Notes: a model not told the origin generated them from the sequence alone. A DNA stretch of 63,397 bases from Bacteroidota bacterium (GCA_016928255.1 JAFGLB010000076.1:1-63397), one strand, 5' to 3'; counted from the first letter of the stretch, positions 9,594 through 19,423 are shown. Numbers and translations are program-made.

Positions 9594-12032
9594 ATGAAAT
9601 ACGGCCATTTTGATGATGCAGAACAGGAATATGTGATCACGCGGCCTGACACACCTCTCCCGTGGCTGAATTATCTAGGAACTGAAAATTTTTACGGACT
9701 TATTTCCAATACGGCAGGCGGCTACTGTTTTTATCAGGATGCCAGGATGCGCAGGTTAACACGCTATCGGTATAACAATATTCCGATGGACAGCAACGGA
9801 CGTTATCTCTACATCAAAGATGGTGATACCATATGGAATCCGATGTGGAAACCGATGAAGGAACCGCTCGATGCCTATGAGTGCCGGCATGGACTTGGTT
9901 ATACTAAAATTACCGGCAAGAAAAAAAACCTGGAAGTATCTACTTTGTTTTTTATTCCGCTCAATTCCAGGCATGAAGTTTGGTTTGTACAGCTAAAAAA
10001 TCTATCACGTGCTCCAAAGAAAATCCGTTTGTGGGGATATGTCGAATGGTGCCTCTGGGATGCACAGGATGATATGACGAATTTCCAGCGTAATTATTCT
10101 ACAGGCCAGGTAGAAATCGGAAGCGGTGTGATTTTCCATAAAACAGAATACCGCGAACGCAGAAACCACTATGCATATTTTGCCGCAAGCACCAAAACCA
10201 GCGGATATGATTCCAGCAGGGATGCATTTATCGGCGTGCATAACGGCCTGGAGGCGCCTCAGGCGATCCTGAAAGGAAAATGCAGGAACAGTACTGCATA
10301 CGGATGGCTGCCTGTTGCAGTTCATCAGATTGATATTTCTTTAAAACCTGGTGAAGAAAAAACGATAAACTTTCTTCTGGGATATGCGGAAAATTCACCC
10401 GAGCATAAATTTAATAAAGACGGAACAATCCGAAAAGATGAGTTTGAAATAGTCAGGAAATCCTATCAAACTTCTAAAGATGTAAATACTGCATTTGGGG
10501 AATTAAAAAAATACTGGTCAGACCTATTATCAAAGTACACAGCACAAACACCGGATGTTATTGTCAACAGGATGGCGAATATCTGGAATCAGTATCAATG
10601 CATGGTAACATTCAATATGTCGCGGTCGGCTTCGCTGTATGAGTCCGGAATCGGCCGAGGTATGGGATATCGGGACAGCAACCAGGATATTCTTGGATTT
10701 GTCCATATCATTCCGTCACGTGCCAGGGAGCGGATATTGGATATTGCAGCCACGCAATTATCTGACGGTACATGTTTCCATCAATACCAGCCGCTTACTA
10801 AAAAGGGAAATGCAGATATAGGCGGAGGTTTTAATGATGATCCGTTGTGGCTTATTCTCTCGACGACTGCATATATAAAAGAAACAGGCGATAGAACCAT
10901 TCTTTATGAGAAAATCGGCTATGCCGATATTGAAAATTCAAACGCAACGTTGCTGGATCATCTGCATCTTTCGCTCAGGTATACTCTGAATAATCGCGGG
11001 CCTCATGGACTTCCACTTATAGGCCATGCAGACTGGAATGATTGTCTGAACCTCAATTGTTTTTCATCGACTCCAGGTGAAAGTTTTCAGCTTGCAGGGC
11101 ATATAGAAAATGACAAAACTGCAGAGTCTGTGATGATTGCCGGTTTATTTTGTAATGCTGCTGAAGAAATGGCCAACTTGCTGGCCGCTATGGGATCAGA
11201 CAGTGAAGTTCAGGAATATCGCCGGCATGCGGAGGAAATGCGCGAGACGATATATCAGCACGGATGGGATGGTGAATGGTTTTTGCGTGCATATGATGCC
11301 TTCGGGAGAAAAATCGGTTCTAAGGAGAATGAAGAAGGCAGAATATTCATCGAAAGTCAGGGCTGGTGCGTGCTTGGTGGAGCCGGCATAGAAAACGGAT
11401 ATGCGATGAAAGCTCTGAATAGTGTAAAGAAACACCTGGCAACTCCAAATGGTATCGTTCTGCAACAGCCCGTATTTTCGAATTATTATGTACATTTGGG
11501 AGAAGTCAGTTCGTATCCTCCGGGTTATAAGGAAAATGCCGGAATTTTTACACATAATAATACTTGGATTCAAATCGCCGAAACGATCATTGGCAGAGGC
11601 GATCAGGCAATGGAATATTATAAAAGTATCTGTCCTCCGACAAAAGAAGATCAGATCGACATATACCGATCAGAACCATACGTCTATAGTCAGATGACTG
11701 CCGGTAAAGATGCACCGACGCCGGGAGAGGGAAAGAATTCATGGCTCACAGGCACAGTGGCATGGTCGTTTGTTGCCTTATCCCAGTTTATTCTGGGAGT
11801 TCGTCCTGACTATGATGGTTTGGTATTAGATCCCTGTATCCCCAAATCATGGAAATTATTTAAAGTGATTCGAAAATTCAGAACGAGTACATACCATATC
11901 ACAATTAAAAACTCCAGGAGAATTCATAAAGGTGTTCGATACCTGATAATTGACGGCCAGCGGGTTGAGGGGAATAAGATACCTAATTATGATGATGGTG
12001 TATCGCATACTGTAGAGGTTGAATTGGAATAA
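9594..12032 (+). CDS. GH94 disaccharide phosphorylase (cellobiose / chitobiose phosphorylase family)
   Basis: 812 aa. The N-terminus MKYGHFDDAEQEYVITRPDTPLPWLNYLGTENFYGLISNTAGGYCFYQDARMRRLTRYRYNN closely parallels characterised cellobiose and chitobiose phosphorylases. Confidence 0.88.
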   Translation: MKYGHFDDAEQEYVITRPDTPLPWLNYLGTENFYGLISNTAGGYCFYQDARMRRLTRYRYNNIPMDSNGRYLYIKDGDTIWNPMWKPMKEPLDAYECRHGLGYTKITGKKKNLEVSTLFFIPLNSRHEVWFVQLKNLSRAPKKIRLWGYVEWCLWDAQDDMTNFQRNYSTGQVEIGSGVIFHKTEYRERRNHYAYFAASTKTSGYDSSRDAFIGVHNGLEAPQAILKGKCRNSTAYGWLPVAVHQIDISLKPGEEKTINFLLGYAENSPEHKFNKDGTIRKDEFEIVRKSYQTSKDVNTAFGELKKYWSDLLSKYTAQTPDVIVNRMANIWNQYQCMVTFNMSRSASLYESGIGRGMGYRDSNQDILGFVHIIPSRARERILDIAATQLSDGTCFHQYQPLTKKGNADIGGGFNDDPLWLILSTTAYIKETGDRTILYEKIGYADIENSNATLLDHLHLSLRYTLNNRGPHGLPLIGHADWNDCLNLNCFSSTPGESFQLAGHIENDKTAESVMIAGLFCNAAEEMANLLAAMGSDSEVQEYRRHAEEMRETIYQHGWDGEWFLRAYDAFGRKIGSKENEEGRIFIESQGWCVLGGAGIENGYAMKALNSVKKHLATPNGIVLQQPVFSNYYVHLGEVSSYPPGYKENAGIFTHNNTWIQIAETIIGRGDQAMEYYKSICPPTKEDQIDIYRSEPYVYSQMTAGKDAPTPGEGKNSWLTGTVAWSFVALSQFILGVRPDYDGLVLDPCIPKSWKLFKVIRKFRTSTYHITIKNSRRIHKGVRYLIIDGQRVEGNKIPNYDDGVSHTVEVELE

Positions 12033-13958
12033 ATGAAATCTTCCGTAACACAAAAAAAATCTGCTGCGGTTGTGGCATCAAAAATATCTCCGGAGAAAAA
12101 AAAGTGGTTTATCTTAATTACCATCGCCATTATCTTTCTCATTCTTCTGGCGGCGGAGGCTGCCCTTAGAGTTTTCCAGTATGGCGGCAACGTCGATTTG
12201 TTTGCAGAAGGTCCACCGGGGAATGAAAAATTCCTAATGCTTAATCCAAACGTTGCACGTCGTTATTTTACAGCTCAAACCATAATTCCTACTCCACCGA
12301 AACAGTTGTTTCTGAAAGTAAAACCTCAGAATTGCTACCGTATTTTCGTTTTGGGAGAATCTTCTGCTGCAGGATTTCCGTACGAAACTAATGCATCGTT
12401 TCCCAATATACTGGAACGGGCATTAACGAACACTTTTCCAGAAAAAAAGATTGAGGTTATTAATGTCGGTATGTCGGCTGTTAATAGTTATACCTTGCTG
12501 GATTTAACAGATGATATTCTCCGGCAATCGCCGGATGCTCTGCTTATCTATGCAGGTCATAACGAATATTACGGCGCGTTAGGTGTGGGTTCGGTTCAAT
12601 CTTTTGGTCCCTCACGATGGCTTATACGAACCTATTTAAAGTTACGGTCGATTAAAATTTTATTAGTCCTGCGGGATTTTCTCAGTTGGACAAAGACAAA
12701 GGTCAATAACCTGCTGTTTCATGGTTCTGAGAGTGATCCATCAGCCACACTTATGGAACGCATCGTTGCCGAACAAACCATACCGATGAAAAGTCCGTTA
12801 TATGAAGCAGGTAAAAAGCAATTTGAAGAAAACATGGATGCACTTCTTCAAAAAGCCGCAGAGAATAAGGTACCTGTGATCCTTTCAGAATTGGTCAGCA
12901 ATTTAAGAGATCAGGCACCGTTTATTTCCGTTGATGATGAGAATGGGCATTCCGCTAAAGTTTATTATGAAAATGCACAGGAAGAGGAACGTCAAGAGCA
13001 TTTTGATCAAGCCCGCCAGTATTATATTAACGCGAAGGATTATGATGCGCTTCGCTTTCGTGCACCTGAGGAGTTTAACGATATTCTACGAAATCTGGCA
13101 AAAAAATATGAAGTTCCTCTTGCACATACAGTCTCAATTTTTGAGCAGGCATCTGTGCATCAGCTTATCGGTAATTCTTTAATGCTGGAACATTTGCATC
13201 CAAATAAAGAAGGTTATTTTCTTCTTGCGAAATCATTTTATGAAACAATGAGAAATCACGAATTTATCCAGTCTCAATGGAAGATCGATGGAATAACTGC
13301 CGAACATGGAAATGGCATAACGGAGCTGGATAGTGTATATGCAGATATCGTCGTACGTCATCTGAAAGCAGGCTGGCCGTTTCTGCCCAGCAGTGTCCCG
13401 AATCGGTTTATACAGGATTATCGGCCTCGAACAAAAGTAGAAGAGATTGCTTTTAGAGTCATGCAAAGTACGCAGTACAGTCTGCAGGCCGGCCATATGG
13501 AGCTCGCCGAGTACCACGAACGGCAAGGTGAACTGAAAAAAGCGTTGGACGAATATAACGCACTTATAGTTTCAATTCCGCAGGAGATGGAATTTTATCA
13601 AAAAGCGGCAACAATCTTACTTGAACAAAAAGAATTTGATCGCGCGGAACAGATCTTACGGCAATCATTGCGTTACCGCCAGACATTATTTTCAATGAAA
13701 TGGCTGGGTCAAATCGCTCTTAAGAATAACAATCTTAATGATGCCATACAGTACCTGGAAAAGTCCGATAAAGCTGATAATCAGGTGATTTTTAATTTAG
13801 GCAGGGCCTATTATTTATCGGGACAGTTGGAAAATGGTGATCGATGTCTCGAACGATTGAGAAATATTTCACCTGCATCTTCATATACCAGATATCTTTT
13901 TGAAATGCGGTCGAATATCCGAAATAAAGCCTTCGGAGAAATAGAAAATGAAAAATAA
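12033..13958 (+). CDS. membrane-anchored SGNH/GDSL-type hydrolase with C-terminal TPR repeats
   Basis: ATG directly abuts the GH94 stop (taaATG). N-terminal TM helix. Block I FVLGESSAAG, block III YAGHNEY, block V LEHLHPNKEGY. The C-terminal third is TPR-like. Confidence 0.7.
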   Translation: MKSSVTQKKSAAVVASKISPEKKKWFILITIAIIFLILLAAEAALRVFQYGGNVDLFAEGPPGNEKFLMLNPNVARRYFTAQTIIPTPPKQLFLKVKPQNCYRIFVLGESSAAGFPYETNASFPNILERALTNTFPEKKIEVINVGMSAVNSYTLLDLTDDILRQSPDALLIYAGHNEYYGALGVGSVQSFGPSRWLIRTYLKLRSIKILLVLRDFLSWTKTKVNNLLFHGSESDPSATLMERIVAEQTIPMKSPLYEAGKKQFEENMDALLQKAAENKVPVILSELVSNLRDQAPFISVDDENGHSAKVYYENAQEEERQEHFDQARQYYINAKDYDALRFRAPEEFNDILRNLAKKYEVPLAHTVSIFEQASVHQLIGNSLMLEHLHPNKEGYFLLAKSFYETMRNHEFIQSQWKIDGITAEHGNGITELDSVYADIVVRHLKAGWPFLPSSVPNRFIQDYRPRTKVEEIAFRVMQSTQYSLQAGHMELAEYHERQGELKKALDEYNALIVSIPQEMEFYQKAATILLEQKEFDRAEQILRQSLRYRQTLFSMKWLGQIALKNNNLNDAIQYLEKSDKADNQVIFNLGRAYYLSGQLENGDRCLERLRNISPASSYTRYLFEMRSNIRNKAFGEIENEK

Positions 13959-15348
13959 AATTTTAAGTTTATGTGTTTTTATTCTACTGGTTCATAATGC
14001 CTTTTCTCAGTCAAAACCTTCAGGTAAACATTTTATTTTGAATGTCGATTATAATCGATTCTGGAAAAACGATACAACTGCATTCGTTGAAATATCCACA
14101 GGTCTCTACCCGTCACTTGCAGCAATGCAAACGGATGACTCTGGAATACATGGAAAGGCAGATGTATTCATAATGATAACCAGAAATACTGACGGGCAGA
14201 TTGTTTTTAACAATCGATATGCCGTTGTATTAAGTTATCCGGATTCACAGGCTCTTGCGCGGGCTCGCATGGTGGTTAACAATACTACATATGAATTGGA
14301 AAGAAATATTTACAGAGTGGATGTTCGGTGCATGGATGTTAATGATGCCGCGAAAAGCGACAGTTCTTCGTTTCAAATCGAAATCGGAAGCAAGCCGCAA
14401 AAGGAATCAGTAAGTGATATTGAACTATGTTCTGAGATCGTTCCTTCAACAGATTTGAAAAATTCCTTTTACAAGAATTCCTATCAAGTTATTCCGAATC
14501 CTAGTTGTACATTCGGCGCATCGTATATGCCTGTGTTGTTTTCTTATGTTGAGCTCTATAACCTTTCCGCTCCAGAATTGTATACGTTTACGGCCAGTCT
14601 TATGAATTCATCGCAGAAATCAGTAAAATCCCGGCAAAGAAAGCGCAATGTTGCATCACGCAATATAGTTGATGTGTTTAAGATGAGTATTGGTTCATTT
14701 GTTTCTGGTAAATACTTATTGGAATACAGTGTAAGTGATTCCACAGGAAAAGTTCTTGCTTCGAACAGCCGTCCGGTGTTTTTATATAATCCTCAAGTAA
14801 AAATACTCGATACTGCCCGTATATATGAGGGAATTCCCGAATATAGGACGATGTCGATTGAAGAGCTGCGCGATGAGTTCCGTATAATGAAGTTTCTTGT
14901 TCAACCGGAAGAAACACAGATCTTTTCGAAATTGAAATCTGCAGACGCTTGCAGACGGTACCTGGAAAATTTATGGTTTAACATTGAGCAGAATACAGCC
15001 GGCAAGCAGGCATATACACGGAGAATGCTTCAAGAGCGCGTTGCGGTTGTAAATGAACGATTTTATACTTCATCAAAAAAAGGATGGCAGACTGATCGCG
15101 GGCGAGTATATATACGATACGGCAAACCTGACGAAACACAGCGGTATCCAAATATGCAGGATAAAAAATCATATGAGATCTGGAGTTATCGTCAATTGGA
15201 AAACGGTGTTGAATTTGTGTTTATTGATCAAACCGGATTTAATGATTATTTTCTGGTTCATTCCACAAAGCGTGGAGAGATTCTGAACGAATCCTGGCAG
15301 GATTTGCTGAAGCGAAAAGATCCATTTGACACTTCTGACGAACGTTAG
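13948..15348 (+). CDS. GWxTD-domain protein
   Basis: Overlaps the upstream gene by 11 nt. Has a signal peptide. KKGWQTDRGRVYIRYGKPDETQRYP...YEIWSY matches the GWxTD domain signature. Confidence 0.8.
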   Translation: MKNKILSLCVFILLVHNAFSQSKPSGKHFILNVDYNRFWKNDTTAFVEISTGLYPSLAAMQTDDSGIHGKADVFIMITRNTDGQIVFNNRYAVVLSYPDSQALARARMVVNNTTYELERNIYRVDVRCMDVNDAAKSDSSSFQIEIGSKPQKESVSDIELCSEIVPSTDLKNSFYKNSYQVIPNPSCTFGASYMPVLFSYVELYNLSAPELYTFTASLMNSSQKSVKSRQRKRNVASRNIVDVFKMSIGSFVSGKYLLEYSVSDSTGKVLASNSRPVFLYNPQVKILDTARIYEGIPEYRTMSIEELRDEFRIMKFLVQPEETQIFSKLKSADACRRYLENLWFNIEQNTAGKQAYTRRMLQERVAVVNERFYTSSKKGWQTDRGRVYIRYGKPDETQRYPNMQDKKSYEIWSYRQLENGVEFVFIDQTGFNDYFLVHSTKRGEILNESWQDLLKRKDPFDTSDER

Positions 15349-15460
15349 AAGCGGATAAATTTGCCCTGGCGATAAATTCCTGCACTGTATATTTCTGCAT
15401 TCTTATTTATAGCAATGTTTTTAGTCGTTTCCTTCTTCTTTTTTTTACTTGTTCCACGGT

Positions 15461-15505
15461 ATTCTTATTCTATTCATAATTCTTCATTCTCCAATCTTAC
15501 TTTTT
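15461..15505. repeat. AT-rich aattcttcatt-type repeat, locus 1 of 3
   Basis: ataattcttcattctccaatcttactt matches ttaattcttcattcttaaatcttactt at 53289-53315 at 25 of 27 aligned positions. It abuts the stop of the minus-strand gene 15504..16058. Confidence 0.7.
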
Positions 15506-16058
15506 AAAGAGGTGCATTTCTATTCAGGTATTTGGAAATGGTATTGATATGCTTTTTTGTGATTTTTGGCGCTGTTTTTTTGATAAGCTTGATGAAAGCG
15601 GCAATCTCTTCTTGTGAACCCGGGTAACCAATGTTTTGTTTCTTCGGCAATAAATTGGAATTAGCAACCATTTTTCCCTTTTTATCCAGTACCGCAATAA
15701 AAGGAAGTTCGGATTTCCCACCCAGCTCTTTCATCAGACTCTGACCGCCGGGATTTTCAATTGTTTGTGAATTTTTGCCGAATTCCTTCACGTGTATCTT
15801 GGCAACTAAGAAGTATTTTTCCATTATCGGTTTAATTTCCGGACTTTCAAGCGCCGAATCAAGCCATCTGCACCATGCATTCCATGAAGCATGAAAAACG
15901 ACCAGCACTTTTTTATTTTTTGAACACTTGGATACGGAAGTCTTAATAATATTTTGTGCGGAATCGGGTTTTTGTTCCTGGCAAAACATGGAAGCGGAGA
16001 TCAGAAAAATCAGTAAAAAAAGATAATTCAAATATTTTTTTGTAATTGAAAGTACCAT
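15504..16058 (-). CDS. secreted thioredoxin-fold protein with a degenerate active site
   Basis: Signal peptide. VLVVFHASWNAWCRWLDS...FLVAKIHVKE resembles the Thioredoxin_7-type layout but has a single Cys (WCRW instead of CxxC). Confidence 0.5.
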   Translation of the reverse strand: MVLSITKKYLNYLFLLIFLISASMFCQEQKPDSAQNIIKTSVSKCSKNKKVLVVFHASWNAWCRWLDSALESPEIKPIMEKYFLVAKIHVKEFGKNSQTIENPGGQSLMKELGGKSELPFIAVLDKKGKMVANSNLLPKKQNIGYPGSQEEIAAFIKLIKKTAPKITKKHINTISKYLNRNAPL

Positions 16059-16101
16059 ATATAATTTGAGATGATTCAGGCTGCTAAATAAAAATTATTT
16101 T

Positions 16102-16677
16102 TTATTCAATCTTAAAGTCTTCAAGAATACTCAATTCTCTTACGACCTTTTCCTGCCATTCCTTCAACTTTTTGGTATTTATTCCGGATTCAGTTTCAGA
16201 ATGGTATGAGTCTATAGTATTTGTCAATTCTCTTTTGTTATCGTTATAAATCTTATTAAATAATTCAGAAGAACCCAGCAATTCAAAATCGGCTTCTGAA
16301 ATCGCTTTCCTCAATTTTCGTGCAGATAATTCACATATATCAAACATTATTTGATTGTATGCCAGAAGTTGTTTCTTTTCCTTTGATTTTATTACCCAGG
16401 ATGCATCCTTTACCATATAACATTCGACTTTTGCGGACGCAGATCTGAAAATCGAGGGTTCTTGAAATTCTGCCGGAGTTAGAACAACCATTTCAAAATC
16501 AAGTGTCGTATTGTCGGGAGGTGTGCCGGTGAAATCTTCCCAGCTTAGTTTTGTAGTGTCGGACCAGCGAACAATGTCAGTCCGATCACTAAATGATTCG
16601 TTTTGTATCCCCGTTGTTGCGCAGGAGGAGACGAATACGGAAAAACCAATATAAAAGAGAAAACCAAATCTATTCAT
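16102..16677 (-). CDS. lipoprotein, possibly DUF922-like
   Basis: MNRFGFLFYIGFSVFVSSC carries a lipobox. LSWEDFTGTPP and LLAYNQIMFDICELSARKLRK resemble my memory of DUF922 (where the second block is HExxHFD). Confidence 0.6.
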   Translation of the reverse strand: MNRFGFLFYIGFSVFVSSCATTGIQNESFSDRTDIVRWSDTTKLSWEDFTGTPPDNTTLDFEMVVLTPAEFQEPSIFRSASAKVECYMVKDASWVIKSKEKKQLLAYNQIMFDICELSARKLRKAISEADFELLGSSELFNKIYNDNKRELTNTIDSYHSETESGINTKKLKEWQEKVVRELSILEDFKIE

Positions 16678-17093
16678 AATATGCCCCTTGATCTGGAAAA
16701 ATCACATTATTGTTAAGTTATAAAAAGCTCTTTTTTTTTATAAAGTGAATACGAAAAAACCTGACTTGTAGTTAGGATAATTCCTATATGGATAATTGTG
16801 GATTTTCGTTCGAAATACGTAAAAAGCAGAACACTTTTTTGCTGATAGGCTGGAGTTCTCTGTTTTAGAAGCAATGGAACGGGCAGTTGCAGATCAAAAA
16901 ATGATTTGTCTTATATATGCCGTTAACAAATTTTACATCTGGTTATACGAAAAATTTTGAGTTTTCGTAGCAAACAATCATAGAATTAATTATGCAGTGC
17001 AGAGTCCCCCGTTTGTGAGACAATGGGAAAGGCAGCTCCTAACTCGATGATGTATATTTTTTACGCAATCATATTATTACTATCCGATCTGGT

Positions 17094-17151
17094 GATCGCC
17101 TGCCTGCCGTAGTACCTATGGCACGCAGGCAGGCCTGCCTGCCGCAGGCAG
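17094..17151. repeat. GC-rich double hairpin in an AT-rich gap
   Basis: gcctgcctgc (17098-17107) pairs with gcaggcaggc (17125-17134). A second hairpin, ctgcct-gccgc-aggcag, lies at 17135-17151. Confidence 0.7.
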
Positions 17152-17190
17152 ATTCTATATTTGTATCCCGCCATCGAATAAATATTATAT

Positions 17191-17240
17191 GAAACCCGAA
17201 GTGTTTTATAATAAATAGCCGTATGATTCATAATGCGGCT
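17191..17240. repeat. dispersed ~50-nt intergenic repeat, copy A
   Basis: gaaacccgaagtgttttataataaatagccgtatgattcataatgcggct aligns with 31571-31620 (30 of the first 38 positions identical, including 14 consecutive: atagccgtatgatt). Confidence 0.75.
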
Positions 17241-17593
17241 AATATGTATTGAGAAATTAAAGAGAATTACTTAATACTCATCAAATGCTGGATCCTTTGG
17301 ACTTTGGCTGGTGATATGACGGATTCTGAGGGATGGAAAGTCGATCTCGCATCCTGGCGGAAATGCTGCATTGTCGGGCAAGGCGCCGGACTCTGCAAAA
17401 TAATGGAAGCGTTTATTTATATCTTCCACAATCTTCCATATATTTTTACTTGCGTTTAATTGACTGCTTAATTAAGTTTGACACGGCTGCAATTATGAAT
17501 ATGGTATACTTGCTATGAAAGATCATTTATCAATTTGGTTAACACTGCTGACATTATTAAATTTTAGGAATTAATTATAGAAAAGATACTTGA

Positions 17594-19102
17594 ATGAGGT
17601 TCCCCCGAAGCAGCGGAATACTTTTGCATCCGACATCCCTGCCGGGTCCTTTCGGATCGGGCGATCTAGGTTCGTCCGCTTTTCAGTTCATTGACTGGCT
17701 CGTCTCTGCAGGCCAGTCAATCTGGCAAATGCTTCCTCTGGGGCCGATCGGAATGGCGAACTCACCTTATATGTCGAATTCAGCTTTTGCCGGAAATCCA
17801 TTGCTTATTGATCTTCAGGAATTATGCTGCCGCGGATGGCTGACTGATAAAGATCTTGACGATAGGCCCGGGAGCAACGGGACAAGAATTAATTATCAGG
17901 CTGCAATAGAGTATCGTATGGAAAAACTTTATAAAGCTTCTGCAAATTATTTCGAACAGAATAACAGTCGTGATCGAGAGCAGTATGAAATATTCTGTCA
18001 GAAGGAAAAATCATGGCTCGAAGATTATGCGCTGTTCCAGGCATTGAATCAAAAACATGGCTGGAAAGAATGGACTTCATGGGAGAAAGATATTGTTCAC
18101 CGCAAGCCAGATGTATTGAAGAAAGTGAAACAGGAATTAAAACAGCTGGTTGACTTCAACAAGTTTTCACAGTGGTGCTTTGCCGAACAATGGCAAATAA
18201 TTAAAAAATATTCGCAGGAGAAAAGTGTCAGACTTGTCGGGGATATTCCTATTTTTGTAGCTCATCACAGTGCAGACGTATGGGCAAATCAGCATGAATT
18301 TTTGCTGGATAAAGAGGGAAATCCGACTTCGGTTACGGGCGTACCGCCGGATTATTTCAGCGAGGACGGACAACGCTGGGGAAATCCATTGTACAGATGG
18401 GATGTGATGAAGAAAAATAAATATGAATGGTGGATGAAAAGATTTAGAAGGACTTTTGATTTGTTTGATATAATCAGAATAGATCATTTCAGGGGATTTG
18501 AAGCCAACTGGAAGATCCCGTCAGCGCAAAAAACAGCGAGAACAGGAAAGTGGGTAAAAGGGCCCGGGGCGGATATTTTTAAGACCGTAGAAAATACACT
18601 CGGGAGGCTTCCGATAATCGCTGAAGATCTCGGTGTTATAACTCCGCCTGTCGTTGTAGTAAAAGAAAAATTCGATTATCCGGGAATGAAAGTCCTGCAA
18701 TTTGCTTTTTCTGCTGATGCAGATCATATATTTCTTCCCCATAATTATGAAAGGAATTTTGTTGTGTATACGGGAACACATGATAACGATACAACAAAAG
18801 GATGGTATGAAAAAGCTTCGGAGAGAGAGAGAGATTTTGCGAGGCGTTATTGTAAAACAGATGGGCATGAAATAAGCTGGGATTTAATAAAAGCAGCCCA
18901 GCAGTCGGTTGCTGATATGGCGATTATACCATTTCAGGATGTACTGGATTTGGGGACTGAAGGAAGAATGAATTATCCGGGAACAATCGAAGGAAACTGG
19001 GAGTGGCGATTTTCGTGGAATATGGTAAAACCGGAAATAGCGCCAAGATTACGGGAAATGACAGAGATCTATGGGCGAATATTAAAAAGAAAAAATGTTT
19101 AA
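17594..19102 (+). CDS. malQ: 4-alpha-glucanotransferase (amylomaltase, GH77)
   Basis: MRFPRSSGILLHPTSLPGPFGSGDLG..., ...VGDIPIFVAHHSADVW..., IDHFRGF, YTGTHDNDT are canonical MalQ blocks. Confidence 0.95.
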   Translation: MRFPRSSGILLHPTSLPGPFGSGDLGSSAFQFIDWLVSAGQSIWQMLPLGPIGMANSPYMSNSAFAGNPLLIDLQELCCRGWLTDKDLDDRPGSNGTRINYQAAIEYRMEKLYKASANYFEQNNSRDREQYEIFCQKEKSWLEDYALFQALNQKHGWKEWTSWEKDIVHRKPDVLKKVKQELKQLVDFNKFSQWCFAEQWQIIKKYSQEKSVRLVGDIPIFVAHHSADVWANQHEFLLDKEGNPTSVTGVPPDYFSEDGQRWGNPLYRWDVMKKNKYEWWMKRFRRTFDLFDIIRIDHFRGFEANWKIPSAQKTARTGKWVKGPGADIFKTVENTLGRLPIIAEDLGVITPPVVVVKEKFDYPGMKVLQFAFSADADHIFLPHNYERNFVVYTGTHDNDTTKGWYEKASERERDFARRYCKTDGHEISWDLIKAAQQSVADMAIIPFQDVLDLGTEGRMNYPGTIEGNWEWRFSWNMVKPEIAPRLREMTEIYGRILKRKNV

Positions 19103-19423
19103 ATGTGCTCTATAAATCTGCATGTAACTATTAGTTATTTCCTCTTCAATATTTATACCAAAATTACAACGTATTATACGAGCCATAAGTTGGGGGAGCT
19201 GTACTGCGTAAAACTAGTTCATTATTTGTGAGATTGTAAGAGACGCCATTATGGGATAAATGAGGATTATTAATAAATAATACTGTTTTAAAAGCACTGT
19301 TAGCACTAGAAGCATTGTCGGATTTTTTTATTTGCTATTTATTAATTGAAACAGTAGATTTTTCTCAGGTATGATGAATCCGGAAAATTCCGGGTAATCC
19401 ATAAAAAACGGAATAGATATCAT

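Noticed and set aside
17333-17518. 61-aa + strand ORF in the malQ upstream gap
   Set aside because: It has Arg/Leu-rich junk-like composition and no RBS. The opposite strand shows the more coding-like frame (see the finding at 16678-17593).
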